Part shown: positions 1-14,450 of the stretch, piece by piece
Numbering within the stretch: the first letter of the stretch is position 1
Layout of the letters: each line of letters starts with the position of its first letter
Origin: Lama guanicoe
Lineage: Eukaryota
Direction of reading: 5' to 3'
Length of the DNA: 62,000 nucleotides
Assembly (NCBI GenBank): GCA_013239625.1
Contig: MU054338.1
Coordinates: 5,804,724 to 5,866,723, forward strand
Position numbers and translations under genes: made by a program
The notes under the pieces: generated by a model
Told to the model about the DNA's origin: nothing
The model's input: the letters and a program-made list of their open reading frames with translations, nothing else
Database searches by the model: none

Positions 1-2
1 AG

Positions 3-1468
<1,466 letters not shown>

Positions 1469-1685
1469 TTTGTAGATTGTCCTCTTTCATTGATAATTTT
1501 TGCACTATTTTTGAAATATTTTTCTAGTTTTATTAAATACTGTTAACATATAGCACTATATAAGTTGAAATTTGCAACATAATGACATGACTTACAATTC
1601 ATAAAATGATTACCACAATAACTTTAATATTCATCTCTTAGTTACAAAATATTTTTTTCTTACAGAATTCCTAGGATTTACTCCT

Positions 1686-1810
1686 TTTTGAGGGAAGGGT
1701 AGTGGTGGGGTACGTAGCTTTAATTTTTTTTAATGGAGGTACTGGGGATTGAACCCAGGACCTCGTGCACCCTAAGCATGCGCTCTACCCCGGAGCTATA
1801 CCCTCCTCCC
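1686..1810 (-). mobile_element. tRNA-derived SINE (camelid vic-1 type)
   Basis: Reverse complement of ggggagggtatagctc..gtagagcgcatgcttag..gaggtcctgggttcaatccccagtacctcc; TSD tag(g/a)atttactcct on both sides. Confidence 0.85.
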
Positions 1811-2889
1811 TTAGAATTTACTCCTCTAACAGCTTTCACATAGAAATACAGCAGTGTGAATTACGGTTTTCTTGTACATTACATCTTTTGCTTTTATTTA
1901 TCTTATAACTGGATGTTTGTGCCTTCTGACATCCTTCATCCTCTTTCTCTTTCCACTAATTCTCTGCCTCTGGTAACTACAAATGATTTTTTTTTATTGG
2001 GGGGGGCGTTTTATTCCACGTATAAACATATAATATTTATCTTTCTCTGCCTTCTTTCACTTAGCGTAATGGCTTCAAGGGCCATCCCTGTTGTTGCAAA
2101 TGCAGAATTTCCTTATTTTTCTACGGCTGAATAGTCTACCATTGTATGTGTGTATACGTGTGTATATATTTGTATGCATTGTATCAGCTCTGATTTGCTA
2201 GGATAACAAACCGTAAATGACCCTACACTCTTCTTTGCTGCCCATGGTGACTTCCTGTTGTGCTGAGGTCCATGGAGGCGTAGCCCCTGGGATGGCTGTG
2301 TTCCTTTCCACTGCCTTGGGCTGTGCTTAATGGGTGTGTTGGGGTGGGTGGGGGTCTGAAACATTTCTGGTGGGAGTTTGAAAGCTCAGGCTTGAGCAGG
2401 GGCTGTTTAAGGCGTCCAGGAGGGAATGTTACCAAACTGATAATTTATAGTCAGTGCTGACAGCTGAGAACACCCAGGGACGTTTCCAAAGAGGTACCTC
2501 CGCCCAAAAGACTTCCCATTGGATGTATGTGTCCAGGGAGGACCCAGGGAGAGAGGCACAAGGGTTTCACACAAAGTAGTTCCAGGTGGTTGTCTCTGAT
2601 TTCCTTTCAGGTAAAATATCCATAAACAAAAAGTAAATCCTAAAAAAAAAAAAGCCATCCATTGACTGGAAAAAAGACTAAACAATTAAAACACTGGGTC
2701 TGTTTGAATGCACCGCGGAGAACGGAGTAGTCAATAATGATGCTGCGAACTGGGGAGGGGAAGTTGGCTTTGGGAAGGCGGAGAGACCTGGAATGTTGGG
2801 AGTTTTTTGCCAGTCCTCGGAAGAGCTAGGGTGCGGGGACAGGGTCATTGACTCAAGATCCCACTTCCCAAATATTTGAAAACCTCAAG

Positions 2890-3570
2890 AGGCAACGGGC
2901 GCCGCCTGGGGAGATGGCCACAGATCCCCCCACGCACGAACCCCCGGAAACCGGGTCACGACTGACCTCCCCGTGGTCACCGCAAAATCTCGGGGAGACG
3001 TGAGGCTGCGGGCACAGAGCTGCCCAGAGAGGTTCCGGAGCCGAAGTCGCCCCGCTCAGCGACAGGACAGGAGCCCGGGTCCCGGCTGCCGGCCCCGCCC
3101 GCACGCTGCGAGCCGCAGGGCACCGAGGTGCCCCGGGTGGCCTGGGGTCCGCAGACTCAGACTCCGGTGTTGACCGCAGGGGGTCCAGCGTCCCGCCACC
3201 ACCGGTTCCTACCAACCCCTCCTTCCTGTCCTGGGACACTCGGCCCCGCACACTCACCATTTCCCGGCTTCTGGGGTCCCCCCCAGGGTTCTCCCCTCCA
3301 CCCCACCCCGGCCGGTGCAGGTCACGGCGCGGTAGACTCCGCAGCAGAAACGCTTGGGGCCGCTAAGCGCCCGGGAGGTGCGATCCCAGCGCCACCGCAA
3401 GGTGCAGCGAGGAGCAGCGAAGTGCAGGCCCTGCAGAGCGTCGCCCCATCCACCCGCCCGTGACGCGCCCGCTAAAGGAATGTGCCTAAGGACCCGCTCT
3501 CCCCACCGCCGCCGAGCGGCAGCAGGTAGCACGTGGCCAAGCAGAGCCTGCTTCTGCCCTGGCCCCCCGG
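2890..3570. promoter_or_regulatory. CpG island / promoter of the KRAB-ZNF gene
   Basis: High GC and CpG density around the ATG|GT exon; TGACG and CACGTG motifs upstream on the minus strand. Confidence 0.7.
3252..3400 (-). other. Probable first exon of a KRAB zinc-finger gene (ZNF627-like position), ending in ATG|GT
   Basis: Minus strand reads GGACCCCAGAAGCCGGGAAATG|GTGAGTGTGCGGGG (ATG 3260-3258, donor 3257-3252), the typical exon-1 end of 19p13.2 KRAB-ZNF genes. It lies in a CpG island, head-to-head with ACP5 as human ZNF627 is. The 5' end is approximate and the remaining exons are outside the window. Confidence 0.7.
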
Positions 3571-4008
3571 AAAATCTTTATATTTAACCAGGTCCTGCTT
3601 GGGACCTGAATGGGACACAGACGTGCGCAGGGAATTCAAGGCTGGGTTTCTAGATGGACCCACCCCTTGAGGAGCAAGTGCAGAGCAAGTGAGTTGCCCG
3701 GGCCAGACCAGACTGGAACGGGAGGGTCTGTTTTCCTCCAGAAGCCAGGAGCTTGACCTAAGGCTGCGATACCATTCATGGAACTGTGACCCTGTTTACA
3801 GGCACAAACACTTAAAAGTCCCCTCACCACCAATTGTACAAGTCAGGCTCCATTTTGATCTTTGACTATTGACTGCACTGAGTCTACCACACTCATTCCT
3901 TCCCCGCCCCTGCGTATTTGAGGCTTTAAAGAGTCCTGTACCTTCTGGTGAGAAGTTGGAACCTCCTATCCCTAGCCTAGGCACAGGGACCCTTCCCCCA
4001 TCAATCAC

Positions 4009-5215
4009 ACGCTGGTAACCATGAGTTTGTGAGTCTGTTTCTGTTTTGTAAGTAAGTTCATTTGTGTCTTTTTTTTTTTAGATTCCACATATTAATGATA
4101 TCATATGATCTTTATCTTTCTCTTTTGGTCTTACTTCACTTAGAATGACAATCTCAGGTCCATCCATGCTGCTGCAAATGACATTATTTTATTCTTTTTA
4201 ATGGCTGAGTAGTATTCTGTTGTCTATATATGCCACAACTTCTCTATCCAGTCATCTGTCGATGGATATCACATTCTCTTTTTTAACTGCCTTATTGAGA
4301 ATAATTCATATACCATACAGTTTACCCGTTTAGAGTGTACAATTCAACAGCTCTTAGTATATTCACAGAATTGTGTGCCCATCACCACAATCAACTTTAG
4401 GACATTTTCATTACTGCTACAAAAAAAATGCACCCTTACCTGTCAGCTCCATTTACCCCCAGCTCCTGCCCTCAACCCAACAGCCCTGAGCACCACTAAT
4501 ATACTTTCTGTCTGAAAAATTTTGCCTAATCCAGATATTCCTTATAAATGGAATCCTACAATATGTGGATTGTGGCTGCCTTCTTGTGGGGAGCCACTCA
4601 TGACCTGAGGACGGCCGGCACAAAACAGGATAATAAATCTTGAGTGCTAGCATCAGGCTTTGAGGTTGATCTATCAAAGACAATCTCTGTCCCGCCACCC
4701 CTTTGAGATGTTTGCGCCAAGGAATCTTAAAACCTCAGGAACATCCTATGCTAATGAGACACTAATGGCCTTTGGGCAAGAAGATACAGTCAGCATGCAA
4801 GTTACTGATCTAAGGCTATGGCGGTTTATGGGAACAATACATATGTTAATGATTTTACTACACGCTATCAGGTGGTCTTAAGTTTAGAAGACAATGCCTT
4901 TGCCTACGTGAAGGAATGCACACTCTAGCTGGTTGAAATTGTATAAATTAACTGCTGAAAATAAACTCGTCGTCCATTCTTGGTCTTGCGTCTTGCAGAC
5001 TTAGAGTGCGACCCTCTCAACTCCACCTTTTAGTGTCATCTTTCTTTTCTCAGTCCTGCAGCACAGGTTTCTGGACCTGCTCGTTGTCGGCTGGCTCCGA
5101 CACCTTCTTTCATTTAGCATCATGGTTTCAAGTCTCATCTGTGTTGTAGCATGTATCTCTGCTTCATTTCTTTTTATTGCTGAATAATATTTCATCAAAT
5201 GGATATACTTTGTAA
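4009..5215 (-). mobile_element. L1 3' fragments (antisense), interrupted by the LTR
   Basis: Typical L1 3'UTR text (ggtccatccatg...gcaaatg...ggctgagtagtatt; catggtttcaagtctcatctgtgttgtagc). Confidence 0.7.
4585..5102 (+). mobile_element. Solo LTR (ERV2/ERVK-like, 518 bp)
   Basis: TGTGGGGAG...CTCCGACA termini; 6-bp TSD CCTTCT at 4579-4584 and 5103-5108; TATAAAT ~4942 and AATAAA ~4959; interrupts an antisense L1 fragment. Confidence 0.85.
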
Positions 5216-5677
5216 CATCCTTGGAATGTCAAAATTGTAGACATGGAGAATAAATGAGTGCTTTCCAGGTGTGGGGGGAGGGAGGTGACTGTGGCTATAA
5301 AAGGGTAACACAAGGGATCTTTGTGATGGAACTGTTATGTTTCCTGGCTGTGGCAGTAGCCAGATAAATCCAATCAAGTGACAAAACTGCAAAGGACTAA
5401 ACACACAGGTGCACACACATGAGTGCATGTAAATCTGGTGAAATCTGAATAAGGTCTGTGATTGTAGGAGCTTCCTGGTTGGGATACTGGAGTTATGCAA
5501 GACGTTACCATCGGGAGGAAATGGGTGACAGGTGTACTGGATCTTTCTGTATTACTTCCTACGATTGCATGTGAATCTACAAGAGTATTGAAATTAAAAG
5601 TTTTTTTCTAACTGAGTCACTAAAGTCTGACCCACACTCAGGGGGAGGGGAATTAGGCTCCACTATGTCTAGGGAAG

Positions 5678-6065
5678 ATGTTATGGATGGATATTTGCAT
5701 CCCCAGAAATTCACATGCAGAAGCCCTAACCCTCAATATGATGATATTTAGAGATGAGGACTTCGTGAGGTAATTGGGGTTAGATGAGGTCATAGGGGTG
5801 GGGCCCTCAAGATAGGATAGTGCCCTTATCAGAAGAGACACTGGAGACCCTCCCCTGCCCTCCACCAGGTCCCTCTGTGTCATGTGAGGAGGACACAGCA
5901 ACAAGGTGGCCATGTGCAGGTCAAGAAGAAAGCCCTCACCACGAAGTGGATTGGCTGGTACCTTGGTCTTGGACTTCCCAGCCTCCAGAACTGTAAGAGA
6001 TAAATGTCTATTGTTCAAGCCGCCCTGTCTGTGGTATTCCATTATAGCAGCCTGAGCGGAGACAG
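5678..6065 (+). mobile_element. MaLR LTR (MLT1-type)
   Basis: tgttatgg...cccccagaaattcacatgcagaagccctaaccc...ggacttcccagcctccagaactgtaagagataaatgtc resembles the MLT1 consensus. Confidence 0.8.
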
Positions 6066-9000
6066 AGGAATCGCAAAGAAGTTAAACCCATCACACCAGA
6101 GATGTGTCATGGAAGGGACAGAAAGCTGGAGAGAATTGGCTTCACGTGCATGCCGGTGACCTTGGACAAGTCCCCTGAGTTCTCCGAACCCTCAGAATGC
6201 CCTTCTATAAAATGAAGATGAGAAGGCTGTTGGGAAGCCACCTGTAAACCACACGACCCACAGCCTGGCAGCATGTAAATGTGGTTGCTTTTATTATTGC
6301 TGTTGTTATTTCTTGTATCGTTCATGCTGATGATATGGTGGGGCAGGTAGGGCAACTTCGGGTGCCAGGCAGAAGGGCTCGGACTTGCTCTCCAGAGCAC
6401 TGGGGAGCTACGGGAGGTGTGTGAGCAGAGAAGAGGCGGGGAAAGATTCTTTTGGGACTAGGGTGGGTGACTAGGAATTGAAGGCTGGGACAGGCACCTA
6501 TCGCCCAGGTGATGGGTGTCTGGCCCTGGGTAGTGGCCTGAGGATAGCAGAAGGGAGAGGAAGAGAGGCATTTAGGAGAAGTACTAGGGGTGGGGCTCAA
6601 ATGGTTTCCATGACCCAGGGAGGAGCATTTAGAGGGGGTGGGGAAAACTCTTACTGGTCCTTGGAGACGCTGCTGCCCAAAGATCCTTCCTCTGAGAATC
6701 TCTCCCGTTTTTAATTTTGTGAGAAGCCGCTGCTCATCAGGTTATCCGGCAAACATCTGAATCCCCGTCCCTGGGGAGTTTCTCTTGCCTGGATCCATTA
6801 CACGACCCCACCACGCCCCACGTAAGGGGGTCTTCGAGTACCTAAAAGGAAACGCGTTCTGCAGGACGTTGCTGCAGTTCAGGCTGTGGCCACGCGGGGG
6901 CAGCCGTGGATAGATCAAGGGTCTAAGAAAGGAGCCCCGGACGTCTCCTCCCTACTGGGGGTCCTGGAGCTTCTGAGGTCAAGGCTTCAGAATTTTTTGA
7001 ACTGGGTTTGGGGGAAACCACCACGATCCGGTTTTTCCCACCTGCCGTACCCATCAAGTAACCGCCCCGCAGCCCAGCAGCTGGTGGAAATTATGCAAAA
7101 CCTGTTAGATCGGTCCCGCCTCTGCTCAGAATGATGGCGCCCGCCTCACTGGGGATGAAGGCCGTCTTCCCCGCAGCCCCAGAGCCCCACACTCCCTCTC
7201 CTCACCTCCCTGCCTCCATCTCCTCCCGCTTTTCCCCCGCGCCCTCTGCTCAGCCACGCTGGCCGTTCGGTTCCCCAAATCAAACTCACAACACCGGATT
7301 TGGGGAAATCCGTCTTGGTGGTTATTTTGTACATACGGAGTCAATTTAAATTTACACCTTTAGAAACAGCATCCCTTAAGCCTTTGGTTCCAATTACAGC
7401 TATTATATTACTTATACACCTTGCAAAGAGGACCATCATTTTCAAAGAAGCCACTGGATACATATTTGGAAATGCAGTGGACGGGATCTCTTAAGTATTG
7501 CAGCCAGCATTTATAGAATTGGTATATTTGATTCTTTACTTTTTTTTTTGGCATATTTTGCTTTGCTTGGGTTAGTTTTATTTCTGATTCTTTACTCTTA
7601 AATGTCTCCATCAAGTAAATCATTTGCAGTTATTACAAATCTTAGATTATAAATTTTATATTAAACATATAAAAATGGGTTTGAAATACGTTCTTTTAAA
7701 CATTCTGATACTGCTTCTAAACTCGACCAAATTATCGTATACTTTTCAACTTAACAGCCTGAAATCAATTATCTCTGGAAGGAAATACAAATATCTGGTG
7801 ATTTCTGTTCCCTCCGAAGAAAGGGAGGTAGCCTGAGGACCAGAGTGGGAGGGATGCTCCTCAGTGTAAATGATTTGGGTTTTTTTTTTTTAATTGAAAT
7901 GACAAGGTGGGGAGGGCTTCAACTTTATCCCTGCTGTTTTCTTTCTTTTGTGAAAAAGGAAAACATATATCTGAAGCAATTACACCTAAATATTAACATT
8001 TGCTTCTTCATGATGTGGCATCGGGGTGTGTTAGGGTTATCTTCTGTGTTTTTCTGTTTTTAATTTTTAATTTTGGTAAAATATGTACAGAATAAAATTT
8101 GTCATCTATCATGTTTAAGTGTACAATTGAGTGGCGTTAAGTATTTACATTGTTGTGCAACCATCCCATCCTCCATCTCCAGAACTGTCTCATCTTCCCA
8201 AACTGAAACTCCATCCCCATTATACACTAACACCACTTTCCCCCTCCCCCAGCCCGGGCACCCGCCATCCTATGTTCTGTCACTATGAATTTGAGCACAC
8301 TAGGGACCAATCTATGCAGAATCATACGGGCCTTTGGTGACTGGCTTATTTCACTGAGCATAATGTCCTCAAGGTTCAGCCATGTTGTAGCAGGTGTCAG
8401 AATCGTGTCAATGTTTTTCAAATTATGTTCAGTTAAAATACTAAAGCATGTGCATGTGATTAAAATAAGTGCCTTTGCAGGGCGTGGAGGCTTAGCTTTC
8501 TTCCTCCGGGCACCTGCTGGGTTCTGAATATGCGCACGCCTCGCCCTCTAATCACCCACAGGTGAATGGAAGCACTCATCTGCTGATGGATCAGGCTAGA
8601 GCTCACAGCCTGCCCCTCCTTCCACCTGCCTCCCACCTGGTGTAGATCCCGTGCTGATGCTCCTCTGTTGGCCGTCTTTGACATTTCTCAGCAATAGACA
8701 CACCCCCTTTATTTCTTCTTCCGCCTTTCACTGTTCCAACTGGGTAATGTTAAAAGTGAGTGTTTTTATGGCACTTCTTAGGTGCTAGGCACTCCTTGGT
8801 ACTTCTACATGGATTAACTTGTTCCGTACCCACAATCACCACAATCAGATCTCACATGTACCCTTACTGTTTCCATTTTAGAGATGAGCAGCCGAGGCCC
8901 AGAAAGGTTAAGATACGTGCTCTAGGTCACAGAGCTTTGCAAGCAGCAGAACCTGAGCTGCCTCCGGTTACTTTTATTTTTTGTTTTGAATCTTACAGGG

Positions 9001-10180
9001 GATGAGTAAGTTATTTCTTTCGTGGCTGTGGCTGGGGTTTATCAGAACTCACCCAGTGTGTGCTTAAGATTTGTACACATCATTGTATGTAAATTTCACA
9101 TAAAAGAAAAGAACTGTAAACAAATGATGAACTCTCGTTAATGGTATGAGCACTGAAGTCCTGGCAGGGAAGTGTGCAGAGGTCTGCGACATACTGCAGT
9201 GGGCAAAAAGTAAGATGGGTGAGTGGATGGATGGATAGATATTAAAGCAAATATAGTCAATGTTAATGGCAGCATTCTAGGAGCAAGTATGTGGGTGTTC
9301 ACTGTACAATTCTTTCAACTTTGCTGTGGGTTTGAAGTATTTCAGAATAAAATGCTGGGACCTCTGTCCTGAACTCCCCACAGGAAAACCTATCTTCTCC
9401 CATTCAGACAGGCAAGAGGCCCCTCAAACACAGTGCACCCACCCTTGAGTTTGTCCACTTCCCCATAAATGGTTCCGCTCCCTGAGTCTCTTCCTCGGGG
9501 CTGGGTTCTCATTCACCGGGCCTGAAAGCTAGGAGTTGCCAGAGATGCCTCCCCCTCACCGCTGAGTCCCAAGATTTACCTCAGGGTGACCAAGTGTCCT
9601 CCCAGTTTACCCCAGACTGAGAGGTGTCCTGGGACGTGGGGCTTTGTATGCTGAAATCAGGGATGTCTCGGGCAAACTGGGGTGAGTTGGCCCCCAACCT
9701 CTCACGTCTGCCTCTTAAACTTGTTCAGTTTATCCAAACTGCCACAGCTCTAGTCTATAATAATAATACACATAATGGTGATATGATTACAAACAGTGGC
9801 AGCTAACTTACAGCACGTGCTGGCCAAGTGCAAGGTCCTCTCCTGCGTGTTCCAGCTGTGGCAGGACTTCGGATGCACACGACCCTCTGTGCTGAACAAC
9901 TGTCACATCACCTGTGTTAAAGATGAAGCAATAAGGCACAGAGAAGTAAAGGCCCTCGCCCATAGTCACACAGCTAAATAACAATGGAGGAGCTGAATCA
10001 GAACTCAGGCAGATGATCGCGGAGCCCCATCGCTCAAACATCTTTGAAGAGCCCTCCTGCAGGGCTGATTCGACCATACCAGCCGCCGAGGGGTCCCCCT
10101 CACTGTAGGCTCCCCCTCCATCAACAATCAGCCGTGCTTCCATCAGAATTTGATAAAGAAATCAAGCAAGTAGGATGAGG

Positions 10181-10291
10181 AGGGGAAGGTATAGCTCAAG
10201 TGGTGGAGCACATGCTTAGCATGCACAAGGTCCTGGGTTCAATCCCCAGTACGTCCGTTAGCAAAAAATAATAAATTAATTAAAAATAAAA
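10181..10291 (+). mobile_element. tRNA-derived SINE (vic-1 type), abutted by an L1 3' tail (10292-10460)
   Basis: A-box tagctcaagtgg, B-box ggttcaatcccc, A-rich tail. Confidence 0.85.
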
Positions 10292-11820
10292 ATAGATAAA
10301 CAATAAGGTCCTACTGCTCAGCACAGGGAACTATATTCAATATCTTGTAATAACCTATAATGAAAAAGAATATGAAAAGGAATATGTATATATATGTATG
10401 ACTGAACCATTATGCTGTACACCAGAAATTAACACAGCACTGTAAATCAACTAAGCCTCAATGAAAGATACAATGTGATAGGTAGCTATAGATACAGATA
10501 AACAGATGGCAGATGTAGGTAAATGGAGAGATACGCAGAAAAGTAGATACAAATAGAGACACATGCTGAAGAGATCTGTTTGTGACTTGCTCTTTCCAGG
10601 CTGACCTTGTGAAAACACAGCTTGGACCCCACCCTCCAAACCTGTCACCCAGCCGATCAAGCCCACACTCCGTAGCTCCAGGCACCTGTCCCTGTGGCCC
10701 CTTTAGCTCCTGATTTCCCACCTCCTGCTACCGTCTGCCAGCCTCCCACCTCAGGTTCCCCTCACCCCAGGGCCCAACCTGGTGCACACCTCCCTTCACT
10801 GACCCGTGCTTGTCAGAAGTAAAGCTCAGCCCATACCCCCTTTTGACCCATCGAGTGCACATTGCTTGTCCACCCAGACCTGCTCTCATGGGAACTCCTG
10901 ATGCAGGGTGGGGGTGGGGGGAGATACTTAACGGCAGTAGAGACTGGGGACTGGGTGATGGGGAGTATGTGCTAATTGAGTCAGGGTGTCAGGATGGTCT
11001 GAGCAAGTGACACTGAAGCCAAGTACTCAATGACAAGAAGGTGGTGGGGGAGGGGAGAGGGGGCCCGTGGAAGGAACTGCAAGCGCAAAGGTCCTGGGGT
11101 GGGAATGCGTTGTCCTTCATGTGACTGGCACACTGTGGCCCTGACATAAGATAGGTACAGACATTGACATAGCTCCAAAGTTGCGTCCTGGGCAGGTGAT
11201 CAAAAACTATCATCACCTTTGGAACTGAAGCAAGCAGTAAAAACGCTGGGGAAATCAACTCAATGGATGAAGCTGGGAGGGTGCAGGGAAGCTGCACTTT
11301 CACACTGGAGGGAAGAGCACGTCAAAGGGCATCCCTCATTCCGTCCTTCCCTGACACGACTGACTGCAACAGTTCTTGTCTCTTCAGACCACGTCCAGGT
11401 GGGGAGATAGACTGAGAACAAGGTAAACAACGTTTGGTTCATCAGGCAGTGATAAGGGTTACAGCAGGATGAGAGGGAGTCAGGGTGAGGGTAGGAAGGG
11501 TGCTTTTGGGGTAAGTTAAAGGAACTTGAATTTGGCAGGGAGGGAGCCACGGGGATATCTGGAGAAGGAAGAGCCTTCTAGGAAGGTGGAGGAGCATGTG
11601 CCAAGGCCCTGAGGTCAGAGCAGCCCCTATTCCGGGAAGGTTGAGAAGGCCAGGGGAGTGGTGAGAGCTGGGGCAGAGGGAGGAGGGGAGGGCAGGGAGG
11701 AACTCAGCCGTGGGATTGACGTTGGTGTTGGGAAGCAAAGCAGGAGTGGAGGGGGAGGGAGGCTCCGAGCCAAATCCTGATCCACCTCCACAGAAAATCA
11801 GCAGAACAGGGCTCCCCTGG

Positions 11821-12060
11821 GTGGGTGGAAGAGTTTCCTCAGAACCACCCCCCCCGAGAGAGCCAGCCAAGGATTCTCCAGTGTCAGCCCCCACTCCGCA
11901 CAGAGGCTGATCTATTTTAATCCTAGGGGTGTGCTTTAAGTGGGTGGAAGAGTTTCCTCAGAACCCCCCCTCCCCCGAGAGAGCCAGCCAAGGATTCTCC
12001 AGTGTCAGCCCCCACTCCGCACAGAGGCTGATCTATTTTAATCCTAGGGGTGTGCTTTAG
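11821..12060. repeat. Near-perfect tandem duplication of ~120 bp (11821-11939 and 11940-12060)
   Basis: gtgggtggaagagtttcctcagaacc...atcctaggggtgtgcttta occurs twice, differing essentially only in a C-run. Confidence 0.95.
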
Positions 12061-12314
12061 TACTTTTTGCTGTAAAAGATATGGGAAGTGTGAACACTTG
12101 AAAAAGTTAGAAAATGGTATCGGTAGCCTCTTTTTCAGAGGACAAAATGTGGGGAAAAATATGTATTACTGAACAGAGACTCTTCTGGCAGCCGAGGGTA
12201 ATCGTTTTCCTTGCGCTTTTCAGTATTTTCTAACTTTTCTATTAAGAACTTGTAATGCAATAGGGTAATAAATAGTATAATTTGGTGTGATCTCAAAAAA
12301 AAAAAATGCAGAGG

Positions 12315-12450
12315 AGGGGAGGGTATAGCTCGGAGGTAGTGCGTGCTTAGCAAGTTCTGGGTTCAATCTCCAGAACCTCCATTAAAAAAATAACAATAAA
12401 TAAATAAACCTAATTACCGCCTCCCAATAAATAAGTAAATAAAACATTAA
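12315..12450 (+). mobile_element. tRNA-derived SINE (vic-1 type)
   Basis: gggggagggtatagctc...gggttcaatctccag...aaataaacctaattacc tail. Confidence 0.8.
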
Positions 12451-13145
12451 ATTTTGTTTTAAAATACAGGAAGTGCAGAAGATAATCTCTAAAACGCCCC
12501 TGGACCCAGCATATGTTCCCATTGGGTCCTAATTGCTTCAGATAGATTTCTGCCCCTTTTTTTGTGAAAAGAAACAGTAGGGAATAAAGTTGAAGCCTCC
12601 ATCTTGACCCCCCTCCTTGTCCCAGATCCCCAATCCCATTCCCCTCCCTGTCTCCGCAGGAAACAATCACTGCCCTGGGTCTGGAGTGAGGTCTTTCTTT
12701 CCTATGTTTATATTCAGATCACAGATACGTTAGGAGGAAGTTTGCAGTTATTCTTCTGGCAAAATAACAAACAGCACTTCTCAAGCAAAAATCCAAATAG
12801 TATATTAAGGTATAAAAACGGAGGGAGAATGCCCCAGCCCATCCCTAAAGAAGGGAAAGTAATTAATAGCTCGAATATAAATCTCACCAGCACCGTGGCC
12901 TCAGCAGAGCCAGGGTTTCCTGTCGGCCCTGTTCCCTACTGCGTCAGCCAGAACTGGGCATACAGTAGGTGCTCAGTACATGCTGAATAAAATTTTCAAA
13001 GTAAACTTGTTTCATTTTGGAATAAGTTTGGATCTGCAGAAAAATCACAAAAAATGGTGCTGAGAGTTTCAATATACTGGTTTCTCTTACGGCCAGCGTC
13101 CTTTAGAACCATGACACACTGGTAAGCACTGTGAAATTATGTCTG

Positions 13146-13243
13146 GGTTTTTTTTCATTATAATGGAGGTACTGGGGATTGAACCCATGACCCTGTGCAT
13201 GCTAAGCGTGTGCTCTATCTCTGAGCTGTACCCACCCCACCCC
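13146..13243 (-). mobile_element. tRNA-derived SINE (vic-1 type)
   Basis: Antisense copy with TSD tgaaattatgt. Confidence 0.85.
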
Positions 13244-13899
13244 TGAAATTATGTTACTACTCACAAAACTGCAGGCTTTATGTGGATGTCACCAGTTTTT
13301 CCGCAAGTGCCCAGGAGCCCACGTTCATTTTGTCCTCACCTTTCCCGGGTCTCCTCCAGTCTGAGACCGTGCCCCTAACTGGCTTTTTCATGGCTCATTT
13401 TTTGCAGAGTTCTGGTCAGGTGTTATGTAGACTATCCCTCGATTGGGGTGGCTCTGGCGCTTTCTTCATCATTAGCCTGTGGTTACCGGTGGCTGGGAAG
13501 AAACCCAGCAGGTGAGGGTCCCTCCGCACGACACCACCTCAGGGCCCCGTGTTACCAGTGAGGCACCACTAGGATGTTGACCTGGACCATTTGGTTAAGG
13601 TGGGGTCCCCCAGGCATCTCCAAGGGGCAGTTTTTGTCTTCTTCTTTCCCACACTTTATTCTTTGGATGAGAGTCACTTACTCTTCCTTATTCTTTCGAG
13701 TCCCACCCGCCTTCAGAAGGAGGCAGGAAGGGTTACGCCCCAGCTCCTGGAAGGACGTTGCAACTTCATTTGAAAAAGAAAAAAAAATCAACTTAAATTA
13801 TTTATAATTCTAAGGAAGATCGGACTCTTCTGCCCTCACACCCATTTTAAAGACTGGAAAACTGAGGCTGAAGATGATGGACTTCCTCACTAGAGGGAG

Positions 13900-14450
13900 G
13901 GCCTGAGGCCCCACCCAGCGCGGCGATCTGGTGGGAGGACGGGGGCTGTGAGTGCCCCCAGGTGCGCAGGCAGGTGGGGACTCGGCCTGCGTAGGGGAAC
14001 GGGGAGGAAATCCGGCCCCCAGCCACCCTCCCCGGCGGAGCTGGGGCCCAATCGGCGGGCCTGGGCCGCTCTGGGTGCGTTACCCGCGTTAGAGTGCTGC
14101 CTGCGCCCCGGAAGGCGTGGTGGCAGCGCGCGGTGGCCCAGCAGGATCCTGGGGCGCGGCACAGCCGGCCTGTTGGGCCAGGAGGCCAAGGGAACACCTG
14201 GGCCACCCCCGGGCCCGCGGGGCAGGGCGGGTGCGCTGCTGCCTCCTTAAAACCCGGCAGCCCAGACGGCGAGCGCCCCTCACTCCTGCAGCTCCGCTCC
14301 GGTGACCGCGCCTGGCCTTGACCCTGGGCCCCGCCGAGGGCAGGTGAGGCCACTGGGTGGCTATGGACGCGGGAGGCTGCCACCCGGAGGAGGGGTCTCC
14401 GCCTGCCCTCGTGACCCACTTCCTGTTTGTCAAGGCTCCGGGGCAGGAGG
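13900..14450 (+). promoter_or_regulatory. ACP5: CpG island with upstream ACP5 promoter and non-coding exon
   Basis: CpG-rich; CCAAT ~14048; TTAAAA ~14247; donor GCAG|GTGAGG at 14343/14344; ETS CACTTCCTG ~14417. Confidence 0.6.

Noticed and set aside
3595..4008. Possible additional LTR fragment beside the ZNF promoter
   Set aside because: The composition is LTR-like, but I could not define clear termini or a TSD.
10181..10260. tRNA-like A/B-box sequences (about a dozen copies across the window)
   Set aside because: They have A-rich tails, TSDs and divergence, so they are SINEs rather than tRNA genes.
7845..12670. Similar short peptides in ORFs 7845-8063 (+) and 12410-12670 (-) (LQLY...IYLKQL)
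   Set aside because: They are best explained as inverted copies of an old L1ME-like 3' end, not paralogous genes.
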